Of a stretch of DNA of 64,000 bases, positions 9,806 through 18,631 are shown in pieces. Numbering within the stretch: position 1 is the first letter of the stretch; each line of letters starts with the position of its first letter. The notes beneath the pieces are model-generated. The model had not been told where the DNA came from, made no database searches, and worked only from the letters and a program-made list of their open reading frames with translations. This stretch comes from Armatimonadota bacterium. Its GTDB lineage: Bacteria; Armatimonadota; UBA5829; DTLH01. The translations under genes were made by a program, and so were the position numbers. The DNA lies in NCBI GenBank assembly GCA_039679675.1, contig JBDKUN010000039.1:1-64000 (forward strand). Direction: 5' to 3'.

Positions 9806-10746
9806 CAACAATCCGGCCATTTGAGCCAGCCGACCTTGAGCCGGTGGTGGCTTTACTAAAAAAGACGCTTTTTGCCGATCCGATTCCGGGCGATGTGTTT
9901 GAGCGTAAGGTGCTCCTGGACCCTAATTTCGACCCCAACGGGGCGCTTGTGGCGGTGGAAGGCGGCGAACCGGTTGGATTTATCCTGGGAATTACAAGAA
10001 AATTTCCGATAGAAGATCAAATACCGGATTTTGACAGGTCATGGATCACTCTTATCGCCGTAGACCCACCGCACCAGAGAAACGGCATCGGGATGGAATT
10101 GTTGAGACGCATCGAACCGTATTTAAAAGAGAAGGGATCGGCCAATGTGTGGGTTTCGCCGTATGCGCCGAACTATTTTACTCCAGGTGTGGATATGAAC
10201 GCATATCCGGAGGCGGTCGAGTTCTTCAGAAAGAACGGTTTTACGGAGGTCTACCGGCCTCTTTCGATGGATGCGTCCCTTCCCGTCCTCAGGACTCCCG
10301 AATGGGTGTCGGCGAAGGAGATAGTGCTGAATGAAGAAGGGGTGTTGGTCGAGCCGTTCAATCCCAGCCATATCCTGCCGCTTCTGGGGTTTGTGAAAGC
10401 CGAGTTTCCCGGTGACTGGCAACGGTATGTGAGGGAGACTATGTCGCGGATCGCAAGCGGCAAAGATCCCTCGAACAGTCTGTGGGTGGCTGTAGAGAAA
10501 GGCAGGGTTTTGGGTTTTGCGCAGCACGAGGGGGAGCGGTTCGGCCCGTTCGGCGTTGCAGTAAAGGAAAGAGGAAGGGGCATCGGTGCAGTGCTCCTCT
10601 TCAAATGCCTGCATGCGATGAGAGACCTGGGGCTGCATGGCGCATGGTTTATGTGGACTGACGATAAGACAGCAAAGTTGTATCAGCAGGCAGGATTTAT
10701 GGAGTCAAGGCGGTATGTTGTTATGAGAAAGGCGCTGGTTAGTTAA
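9802..10746 (+). CDS. Tandem-domain GNAT N-acetyltransferase
   Basis: Two acetyl-CoA motifs (QRNGIG and RGRGIG), FGPFGV. Confidence 0.85.
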   Translation: MTTIRPFEPADLEPVVALLKKTLFADPIPGDVFERKVLLDPNFDPNGALVAVEGGEPVGFILGITRKFPIEDQIPDFDRSWITLIAVDPPHQRNGIGMELLRRIEPYLKEKGSANVWVSPYAPNYFTPGVDMNAYPEAVEFFRKNGFTEVYRPLSMDASLPVLRTPEWVSAKEIVLNEEGVLVEPFNPSHILPLLGFVKAEFPGDWQRYVRETMSRIASGKDPSNSLWVAVEKGRVLGFAQHEGERFGPFGVAVKERGRGIGAVLLFKCLHAMRDLGLHGAWFMWTDDKTAKLYQQAGFMESRRYVVMRKALVS

Positions 10747-10747
10747 G

Positions 10748-11458
10748 ATGATTGATAAACGGGTTAATATCCTCGCAATAGGGGCTCATGCGGGAGACGT
10801 GGAAATCTCCGCCGGGCTGGCTCTCGCACATCACGTGAACCTGGGCAGAAAAGTGGCGATTTGCCACGCTACGCTTGGGGAGAAAGGGCATCCGACTAAA
10901 AAAGTTGAAGCTTACGAGAACCAGAAGCGGGATGAGGCAATGGCTGCAGCGGACGTAATCGGCGCCGATTTATACATGTTGCCTTACAAGGACGGTGAGC
11001 TCACAGCCAGCGACGGAGTGAAGCTCGCCATATGCGATGTCATCCGTGACTGCAAGCCGGATGTAATACTGACCCACTGGAAGTGGTCGATGCACAAAGA
11101 CCATATCGCCTGCAACACCGCTGTTCCCGACGCTATGTTCTACGCTGCTACCGCAGGGTTTGAGCGCATACTCCCTGCGCATCAGGTTAAGTCTTTATAC
11201 TACACGGAGAACTGGGAGGACTATCAGGACTTCGTGCCGGAGCTTTATATCGAGATAAACGATGAAGATATCGCGGTCTGGGAGAAGATGGTGCGGAAAT
11301 ATGCTCTCTTCCGCGGAGATGTCGTGAAATTTCCTTATATGGATTACTATAAGTCACTCGCAAGGGTGAGAGGCATAGAAGTCTACACCCAGTACGCCAC
11401 TGCATTCGGCATTCCGCCCGGTGCCCGCAGGCGCCGCGTTTCGAGTCTGACGCCGTAG
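10748..11458 (+). CDS. PIG-L/LmbE family deacetylase
   Basis: GAHAGDVE, TLGEKG, HKDH motifs. Confidence 0.85.
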   Translation: MIDKRVNILAIGAHAGDVEISAGLALAHHVNLGRKVAICHATLGEKGHPTKKVEAYENQKRDEAMAAADVIGADLYMLPYKDGELTASDGVKLAICDVIRDCKPDVILTHWKWSMHKDHIACNTAVPDAMFYAATAGFERILPAHQVKSLYYTENWEDYQDFVPELYIEINDEDIAVWEKMVRKYALFRGDVVKFPYMDYYKSLARVRGIEVYTQYATAFGIPPGARRRRVSSLTP

Positions 11459-11467
11459 GAGTGCAAA

Positions 11468-12775
11468 TTGTCAGCTTCCGGGTTTCGAACCTCCAGATTA
11501 ATCAGGTGGCTTCTTCCGGTTTTGGCCATTATCATCAGCGCAGGACTTTTGTCCGGCTGCACGCAGCGAAAGGGTGAGGATAAGGTCACTCTTCGCTTCG
11601 TCTCCTGGGGAAACGAAAGTGAGGAAAGAAGCCTCCGTACCCTCATCGACCAGTTCGAGAAGACCCACCCGAAGATCAAGATCGAGCTCCAGATTACCCC
11701 GCATGTCAGGGTTTTTGACAAGCTCATGATCTCCACCGCCGGAGGGCGTCCGCCGGATGTCACCCGCGTAAGCTCCATGTGGTTTCATCCTTGCGCCGCC
11801 AGAGGGCTCTTTGCGGACCTCGGCCCGTTCGTGAAACGCGACAAGTCTTTCGACCTTTCGGACTTCTACCCACAGGCCATAGACGGCTGGGGAAAGCACA
11901 ACGGCAGGCTTTACGCACTTCCGACTGACATAGACATCTACGCTATGTACTACAACAAGGATATGTTCGATAAAGCGGGGATTTCTTATCCCGACTGGTC
12001 ATGGGATTGGAGTAAATATCTCGAAGTCTCGAAGAAACTCACGAAGGACTTGAACGGCGACGGCAGGCTGGACCAGTGGGGGACGGCTACAGACCAGTTC
12101 TGGCAAAGCTATGTTTTCCAAAACGGCGGGCAGCTCGTTAGCAGCGATCAGAAACACTGCATGCTGTCTCAGCCCGCGGCCTATGAAGCTATCCAGTGGG
12201 AAAGTGACCTCATCAATAAATATCATGTCTCTCCCAATGCCGAAGAGAATGCGCAAATCGGCCCTGATAAGCTCTTTATGATGGGGAAGATCGGGATGTA
12301 TATAAGCGGAAGCTGGGCAGCGGAGCTGGTGTTCAAGGACAATCTCAAGGGTTTCACTTATGATGTCGCACCGTTTCCCAAGGGAAAAGAGAGGGTGACT
12401 TTCATCGGCGGCGGCGCGTATGCGATAATGAGCCGCTCCGAGCACAAGGATGAAGCCTGGGAGTTCTTAAAGTGGATGACCGGGCCGGAATATCAGCGGG
12501 AAAGGGCCGTCGACTCGCAGATCATTCCGTCCAGAAGGTCTGTTGCAGAGTCCGGCGCGTATCTGAAGCTCGCCAAGCCTCCGGCGCACCGGAAAGTTTT
12601 TCTCGATCTGATTCTCTATGGAAAACCTGAGCCGTCAGTCTCCGTTATGCCTGAGATGAGGGAGATCCTAAACGCTGAAATCTCGCTTGCGCTCCTCGGC
12701 AAGGAATCAGCAAAAGATGCCTGCAAAAAAGTTACCCCGGTCGTAGACCAGTTGTTGAGGCATCAGGATGAGTAA
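11468..12775 (+). CDS. Sugar ABC transporter substrate-binding lipoprotein
   Basis: Lipobox LLSGC, MYYNKDMFDKAG, AWEFLKW; next to two permeases. Confidence 0.9.
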   Translation: MSASGFRTSRLIRWLLPVLAIIISAGLLSGCTQRKGEDKVTLRFVSWGNESEERSLRTLIDQFEKTHPKIKIELQITPHVRVFDKLMISTAGGRPPDVTRVSSMWFHPCAARGLFADLGPFVKRDKSFDLSDFYPQAIDGWGKHNGRLYALPTDIDIYAMYYNKDMFDKAGISYPDWSWDWSKYLEVSKKLTKDLNGDGRLDQWGTATDQFWQSYVFQNGGQLVSSDQKHCMLSQPAAYEAIQWESDLINKYHVSPNAEENAQIGPDKLFMMGKIGMYISGSWAAELVFKDNLKGFTYDVAPFPKGKERVTFIGGGAYAIMSRSEHKDEAWEFLKWMTGPEYQRERAVDSQIIPSRRSVAESGAYLKLAKPPAHRKVFLDLILYGKPEPSVSVMPEMREILNAEISLALLGKESAKDACKKVTPVVDQLLRHQDE

Positions 12776-12810
12776 AAGATAAAGTTCATGATGGCACGGG
12801 GGGATCCAAG

Positions 12811-13737
12811 TTGCGGTTAATTAAGAGAAAAGCATCGAAAAAAGGACGATTGGCTCGAAAAGAGGCTTTTGAGGGCTATCTCTGCATAGCCCCGTGGCTC
12901 ATCGGGTTCCTTTTGCTCACGCTGGGGCCGATGGTCTTTTCGTTCGTCATCAGCCTGATGAAATGGGACCTCATCACCCCCGCGAAGTTTGTAGGGCTGG
13001 AAAACTACAAAACGATCTTCACTGATGACTTCCGTTTCAGGCAGTCGCTCAAGGTGACGGCACTTTACGCCGCGTTCAGCGTTCCTCTCGGGCTGATCGG
13101 GTCGCTTTCGCTCGCTCTTCTTCTCAACTTAAAGCTCAAGGGCATGCGGCTGTTCCGTTCGATATTCTATATCCCTGCCATACTTCCCGGAGTTGCAGTC
13201 ACGATGCTCTGGCTGTGGATACTGAAGCCTCAAGGCGGGATATTGAACTATATTCTGGGCCTGGCGCACATCGGGCCGAAGCCGTGGCTTTCAGACCCTG
13301 CCTGGGCGCTCCCTTCATTCGTCATAATGAGCCTGTGGGGGATAGGCGGCGGGATGATTATCTACCTCGCCGGGCTTCAGGGTGTCCCGACGCAGCTTTA
13401 CGAGGCTGCGGAGATAGACGGCGCGGGTTCATGGACGAAGTTCTGGACAGTTACCATCCCGATGATCTCTCCGACGATCTTTTTCAACCTGATAATGGGG
13501 ATAATCGGCAGTTTTCAGGTTTTTACGGCATCCTTTATTATGACCCCGAACGGCGGGCCGGGGTATTCCACCCTGTTTTACGTGCTGTACCTCTATCAGA
13601 AGGCGTTCAAATACCTTCAGATGGGCTATGCATCGGCTCTCGCGTGGATTCTTTTCGCAATCGTGCTTGTGCTCACCCTCATTGTCTTCAAGCTATCCGG
13701 CAGATGGGTCTACTATGAAGCGGAGGTGAAGCAATGA
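12811..13737 (+). CDS. Carbohydrate ABC transporter permease
   Basis: EAA loop LYEAAEIDGA; multiple TM segments. Confidence 0.92.
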   Translation: MRLIKRKASKKGRLARKEAFEGYLCIAPWLIGFLLLTLGPMVFSFVISLMKWDLITPAKFVGLENYKTIFTDDFRFRQSLKVTALYAAFSVPLGLIGSLSLALLLNLKLKGMRLFRSIFYIPAILPGVAVTMLWLWILKPQGGILNYILGLAHIGPKPWLSDPAWALPSFVIMSLWGIGGGMIIYLAGLQGVPTQLYEAAEIDGAGSWTKFWTVTIPMISPTIFFNLIMGIIGSFQVFTASFIMTPNGGPGYSTLFYVLYLYQKAFKYLQMGYASALAWILFAIVLVLTLIVFKLSGRWVYYEAEVKQ

Positions 13738-14564
13738 GACGAATGCAGAAAAAGTCGTCGCTGCTTGGCTATGCACTGCTTCTGGTAGGCTCCGGGATAG
13801 TGATGATCCCGTTCTTCTGGCTCATCTCGACGTCCTTGAAGGACCCGGCGAACATCTTTCTCGACCCGCCTCAGTGGATACCGAACCCAGTCAGGTGGGG
13901 GAACTATGCAAAAGCCCTTTCGGTTATGCCGTTTCCGCTTTATCTTTTGAACACGGTCAAGATCACGCTCACATGCCTTGTGCTTCAGGTGCTTTCGTCT
14001 TCTATTGTCGCATTCGGCTTTGCCAGAATGAGGTTTCCGGGGAAAAACGCGCTTTTCATCGTGCTTCTCTCGACGATGATGCTCCCGGCGCAGGTTACGA
14101 TGGTCTCGGTGTTCAAAATATGGTCCAGCCTCGGTTTCTATGACACATTCGTGCCGCTTACCCTGCCTGCGGCGTTCGGTTCGGCGTTCTTCATATTCCT
14201 TTTGAGGCAGTATTTTCTGTCGGTCCCGATAGAGATGGACGAGGCCGCGCGTATCGACGGAGCAGGGACATTTCAGGTGTGGTGGCGTGTGCTTTTGCCG
14301 CAGGTCAAGCCCGCGCTCGCAGCTGTGGCGATATTCGCCTTCATGACTCACTGGAACGACTTCATGGGTCCGCTTATTTATTTATCTGATCCCAGCAAGC
14401 GGACGCTTGCGCTCGCGCTCTGGGCGTTTCAGGGTCAGTATACGACCGATTGGCATCTCTTAATGGCAGCGTCGACCGTCGTCATGTTCCCGCTCCTTGT
14501 GCTGTTTTTCGCAGCACAAAAATATTTTATACAGGGAGTCGTTATCTCCGGGGTAAAAGGATAG
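13734..14564 (+). CDS. Carbohydrate ABC transporter permease
   Basis: EAARIDGA loop, WNDF, QKYFIQG. Confidence 0.92.
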   Translation: MRRMQKKSSLLGYALLLVGSGIVMIPFFWLISTSLKDPANIFLDPPQWIPNPVRWGNYAKALSVMPFPLYLLNTVKITLTCLVLQVLSSSIVAFGFARMRFPGKNALFIVLLSTMMLPAQVTMVSVFKIWSSLGFYDTFVPLTLPAAFGSAFFIFLLRQYFLSVPIEMDEAARIDGAGTFQVWWRVLLPQVKPALAAVAIFAFMTHWNDFMGPLIYLSDPSKRTLALALWAFQGQYTTDWHLLMAASTVVMFPLLVLFFAAQKYFIQGVVISGVKG

Positions 14565-14617
14565 AGATACGAGGGGCGCGTCTGCAGTATCCCGTTTGAG
14601 ACTCACTCAATCAACCG

Positions 14618-14646
14618 TTGTCAAATATGTGGCCGTGTGCTAAAGT
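14618..14646 (+). promoter_or_regulatory. sigma70-type promoter upstream of pepA
   Basis: TTGTCA-N17-TAAAGT with extended -10 TG. Confidence 0.45.
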
Positions 14647-14810
14647 AACAAAGGTCCTGACATAAAATGGTCCGTATGGACTCTATTCACAGACCACTTT
14701 TTGGTTTAAAATACATCCCCGCCGACCGACATGGAACATATTTTGCCGGCAGGCCTGGCCCGGGAGGTCCGACTACTTAAGGCGGGACTGAAAGCACCGA
14801 GGAGGTTTTT

Positions 14811-16301
14811 ATGCGGTTTGAAGCAATTCAGCAGTCATTAGTTGATGCGGAGTGCGATATCCTCGTAATCAACTTGTTTGAGGGCGTAAAGAAGCCCGGA
14901 GGCGGAACAGGCGCAGTCGATGCGGCGGTAGGCGGAGCCATTACCGCGCTTATCGAGCGGGAGAATTTTGAAGGGAAATTGGGGCAGATCACAGACCTCA
15001 CCCCTTGTGCCGGTGTAAAGGCATCGAGAATTGTAGTAGTAGGGCTCGGAAAACAGGAAGAGTTCGATGCAGACGCAATCCGTAAGGCAGCATCCGCAGC
15101 GGCGAAACGCGCTCGCGACCTGTCCGCAAAGCACATTGCCACCATCCTGCATGGGGGCGGCATCGGCGGGATAGACCCTGCCACCGCGGCACTTGCAATT
15201 ACGGAAGGCACTATCCTGGGAACCTATCAGTTCACCAAATACAAAACTTCTGATACCAAACCTAATCCCCTAGAAAAAATAGACATAGTGGAAACGGATG
15301 CCGGCAAGATAGCCGCTATCAAGTCCGGCATCGAACGCGGCCAGGCAATAGCGGAAGCGAAGAACTTCGCCCGTGATCTGACCAACGAACCGGCAAACGC
15401 CCTAAATCCGACCGTCCTTGCCGAGCATGCGATGTCTGTTGCAAAGAAATCGGGGCTGGAATGCCGTGTCATCAGCCAGGATGAGATGAAAAAGCTTGGA
15501 ATGAACCTGCTTCTCAGTGTTGCAAAGGGCAGCGTCGAGGAGCCTAAATTCATCATTTTGCGCTACCGCGGGGCAAGCGATGCAAAGACAATCGCTCTCG
15601 TAGGAAAAGGGCTTACCTTCGATTCCGGCGGGCTCAACATCAAAGGAGCCGGGAACATGGCGGATATGAAAGACGATATGGCCGGAGCCGCAGTAGTCCT
15701 TGCTTCTATGAAGGCGATAGCCGCGCTCAAACCGAAGGTCAACGTTGTTGGGATTATGCCTGCCACGGAGAACATGCCAGGCAGCAATGCTACACGCCCC
15801 GGCGATATAGTGGCAGGGCTTTCAGGTAAAACGGTGGAGATAAACAATACCGACGCCGAAGGCAGGCTGATACTCGCCGACGCAGTGGCGTTCGCGGAGC
15901 AGGAGCATGTGGACGAGATCATAGACATCGCGACACTTACCGGAGCCTGTGTGGTAGCGTTCGGAAATGATATGGCAGCGCTCATGGGCACGGACCAGGG
16001 TATGGTCGACGGGTTGATCAAGAGCGGTAAGGACGGCGGCGAGCTTTACTGGCAGCTTCCGCTTTATATGCCGTACGAGGACAGCCTGAAGAGCGACGTC
16101 GCGGATATGAAAAACTCCGGCGGACGCGAAGCCGGAACGATAGTCGGCGGGCTGTTCATCAAAAAGCACATCGAGAAGACACCATGGGTGCATATCGACA
16201 TCGCCGGTACAGGTTCGAGCAACAAAGAAACCCCGCTGTGCCCCAAGGGCGGCACTGGGTTCGGCGTAAGCACGTTCGTCAACTACGTGATGAGCCGCTG
16301 A
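14811..16301 (+). CDS. pepA: Leucyl aminopeptidase (M17)
   Basis: VGKGLTFDSGG, MKDDMAGAA, NTDAEGRL, ATLTGA; GGAGG RBS. Confidence 0.95.
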   Translation: MRFEAIQQSLVDAECDILVINLFEGVKKPGGGTGAVDAAVGGAITALIERENFEGKLGQITDLTPCAGVKASRIVVVGLGKQEEFDADAIRKAASAAAKRARDLSAKHIATILHGGGIGGIDPATAALAITEGTILGTYQFTKYKTSDTKPNPLEKIDIVETDAGKIAAIKSGIERGQAIAEAKNFARDLTNEPANALNPTVLAEHAMSVAKKSGLECRVISQDEMKKLGMNLLLSVAKGSVEEPKFIILRYRGASDAKTIALVGKGLTFDSGGLNIKGAGNMADMKDDMAGAAVVLASMKAIAALKPKVNVVGIMPATENMPGSNATRPGDIVAGLSGKTVEINNTDAEGRLILADAVAFAEQEHVDEIIDIATLTGACVVAFGNDMAALMGTDQGMVDGLIKSGKDGGELYWQLPLYMPYEDSLKSDVADMKNSGGREAGTIVGGLFIKKHIEKTPWVHIDIAGTGSSNKETPLCPKGGTGFGVSTFVNYVMSR

Positions 16302-16312
16302 TCTGAAAATAT

Positions 16313-16342
16313 GGGGCCGGTGACGGCCCCTTCCTCTTATTT
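16313..16342 (+). terminator. Probable intrinsic terminator after pepA
   Basis: GGGGCCG-GTGA-CGGCCCC stem followed by a pyrimidine-rich tail. Confidence 0.6.
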
Positions 16343-16433
16343 CCACTTCAATATTGTATCTTTCGGAAAGTATGAGCAAAACGTATTTTCTGTGATACTG
16401 AATACGACCCTCTTATAAAAACTAAGCTTTGTA

Positions 16434-17501
16434 ATGGGAGATTTTGAAATGCGTTACGTGGTCGTGGTAATCGTAGTTGTGGCGTTAGTGCTTGGTTTGA
16501 TCACTTTTCAACATTCACTGCAATCCAAACTGATGCAAAAAGTGATCTGGACCGTTCCATCCGGTGAATACGGCTGTGATGTGGCGTGTACATCTCCAGA
16601 TAGTTTTGCAGTCCTTACTCATAGCAAAGATTGCTCACTGCTGCGTGAGATAAAGTGTTCTGGCGCCGTAACCAGCAAAGTAATTTTGCCTGGTGATGAA
16701 ATCTACTTTATTGCAGGGGCAAATGGCCGGTACGTTGCGGTCAACCAATCGGAGCTTAGTGCCTTATGTGTCGATATGAAGAGCAGCAAAGTGCACAGTC
16801 TCGGCAAAGGTGTTCTATTCGATTTTGGTATAAGCGGCAACGCCTACCCCATAAGTCCATATGGGCCTTATGCGCTGCTGGCTGTCGAGAAAGACAGAGT
16901 GTTGAGAGTAGTAAACTATGAGACTGGTGCAACGGAACGTGACATCGCAGAAGTGGAAAACAATCTGGGTGAATACATAAGGTGGCAGCAGGGAAGTAAT
17001 AAATTGATATGGCTCGATCCAAAGACCTGCATCCTCCATTATGAAAAAGGCTCTACCGTAGCCGGACTCTCCAAACAAATAACGGAAACTGGTAAAATGG
17101 AGGTGGTTCTTTCTCCTGACGCAAAGAAAGCTGCCGTATTTCCAAAAGGACAACTGCCCGGCATAGACATATCTATAATTGATGTAAAAACAAGCCGTAT
17201 ACTCACCAAGCTCCATGAATCAATTGACAACTGTTGTATCCAATGTGTCCGATGGTCACCTGACTCTTCAACCATTGCAATAAGTCTACTCAACTCCAAG
17301 TTCCAAGGGGTTCCTTTCTTCTACATCCTTCGCGCTGGTGGTAAAAAAACGATGGTGTCACTCAGAAATGGGTGGTGCTTCTATGGAGTCTATTCAGCAT
17401 TTGATTGGTTTGATGATAGCAAGAGGTTGGTTCTGAGTGCATATCGAAACTATGGAAAACAGAACGCTGTAGTCCTGGTTGATATGGACAGGCATCCGTA
17501 A
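16434..17501 (+). CDS. Hypothetical membrane-anchored protein, possible beta-propeller (TolB/WD40-like)
   Basis: N-terminal hydrophobic anchor; ISPYG, LSPDAK, WSPDS blade-like motifs; AT-richer than neighbours. Confidence 0.6.
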   Translation: MGDFEMRYVVVVIVVVALVLGLITFQHSLQSKLMQKVIWTVPSGEYGCDVACTSPDSFAVLTHSKDCSLLREIKCSGAVTSKVILPGDEIYFIAGANGRYVAVNQSELSALCVDMKSSKVHSLGKGVLFDFGISGNAYPISPYGPYALLAVEKDRVLRVVNYETGATERDIAEVENNLGEYIRWQQGSNKLIWLDPKTCILHYEKGSTVAGLSKQITETGKMEVVLSPDAKKAAVFPKGQLPGIDISIIDVKTSRILTKLHESIDNCCIQCVRWSPDSSTIAISLLNSKFQGVPFFYILRAGGKKTMVSLRNGWCFYGVYSAFDWFDDSKRLVLSAYRNYGKQNAVVLVDMDRHP

Positions 17502-17627
17502 AACCACCGGTTTTCTCAAAAACTAGTACAATTACCAGCTATAAAAAGGCGAACAGGTATGCATATTGCGGCAGTATATAATATAGAAGAGCTTTAAAAG
17601 ATCAGCCCGGCCAAGGAGGTGGACGAG

Positions 17628-18590
17628 ATGAAACGAGCAGCGTTAGTCGTTTTTATCGTTGTAGCTCAAGCGTGCTCCGCTCCGTTATCCGCGTCCGGAG
17701 TCGTCTACCAGAAACAGGTCGCCTGCCAAACACCTGTCCACGTCGTTTATGTGGACCTAAACAACAGCGATGTCAAAGTGACCGTCGCTATCTCGAAGGC
17801 CGGCCGTGGAAGTTCCGAACCGGCAGCATCGATAGTATACAGGACTCAACCGAAAGCCGCTATTACCGGCACTTTCTTCGACACCAGATCACTTCTCCCC
17901 ACAGGGGACATCGTCATCGGCGGGGTCCGCGCCCATTCCGGTTGCGTCGGGCCAGCCCTTTGTATATCGGCTGATAATCGCGCGGAGATCATTCCGCACA
18001 AATTGAGAGACCGAAGCCGGATGACCGATTACGAAACAGTCCTTGCCGGTGGCCCATCGCTTGTCTATAACGGACGAATCGCGCTTAACCCTAGAGCTGA
18101 GGGGTTCAAAGACCCTTCATTGTTCAGAAATACCCAACGGACCGCAGTCGGCATTACTGCGGAGAACAAGATCATCTTCGTGTCGGTCAACAAAGCCGTA
18201 AGCATGCGCCGTCTGGCTAAAATCATGCTTGAGCTGGGGTCAGACCAGGCAATGATGCTCGACGGCGGTTCATCTACATCGCTTTATGTCGACGGCCGGT
18301 TCGTATCGAAGACCAAGAGAAAGCTGACTAACCTGCTTCTCGTATATGAGAAGCCCGGAGACTATATTAACGCCATCGGGCGGCTTGCTCCGACACTCGT
18401 CACGGAAAAGCAGATAATCGCCCGCGGGGACCGTTCGCGGCGCGAAATTGAAGAATACGGGTACAGACCGGGAAATGAGTTCTGGAGCGGCATTCTCGAC
18501 AGACCATCGAAGCCGGTGGCAACGCAGTTCGATCTTCGAATACCGGGAATGCGCCCGCCGTCCACAGAATGGCTGTCTTTAATCAAATAA
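17628..18590 (+). CDS. Phosphodiester glycosidase (NAGPA-like) family exported protein
   Basis: ITGTFFD, GGPSLV, RTAVGIT, MLDGGSS; signal peptide; ATG at 17628 fits the AGGAGG RBS. Confidence 0.85.
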   Translation: MKRAALVVFIVVAQACSAPLSASGVVYQKQVACQTPVHVVYVDLNNSDVKVTVAISKAGRGSSEPAASIVYRTQPKAAITGTFFDTRSLLPTGDIVIGGVRAHSGCVGPALCISADNRAEIIPHKLRDRSRMTDYETVLAGGPSLVYNGRIALNPRAEGFKDPSLFRNTQRTAVGITAENKIIFVSVNKAVSMRRLAKIMLELGSDQAMMLDGGSSTSLYVDGRFVSKTKRKLTNLLLVYEKPGDYINAIGRLAPTLVTEKQIIARGDRSRREIEEYGYRPGNEFWSGILDRPSKPVATQFDLRIPGMRPPSTEWLSLIK

Positions 18591-18598
18591 AAAGTGAA

Positions 18599-18625
18599 CG
18601 GGCGTCCCTTCACCGGGGACGCCCG
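18599..18625. terminator. Hairpin between convergent genes, probable terminator
   Basis: CGGGCGTCCC...GGGACGCCCG 10-bp stem. Confidence 0.6.
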
Positions 18626-18631
18626 ATTGTC

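Noticed and set aside
14650..14790. 6S RNA candidate (GTCCTG...CGGGAC ends)
   Set aside because: Too short and lacks recognisable 6S central-bulge motifs; kept only as a generic leader candidate.
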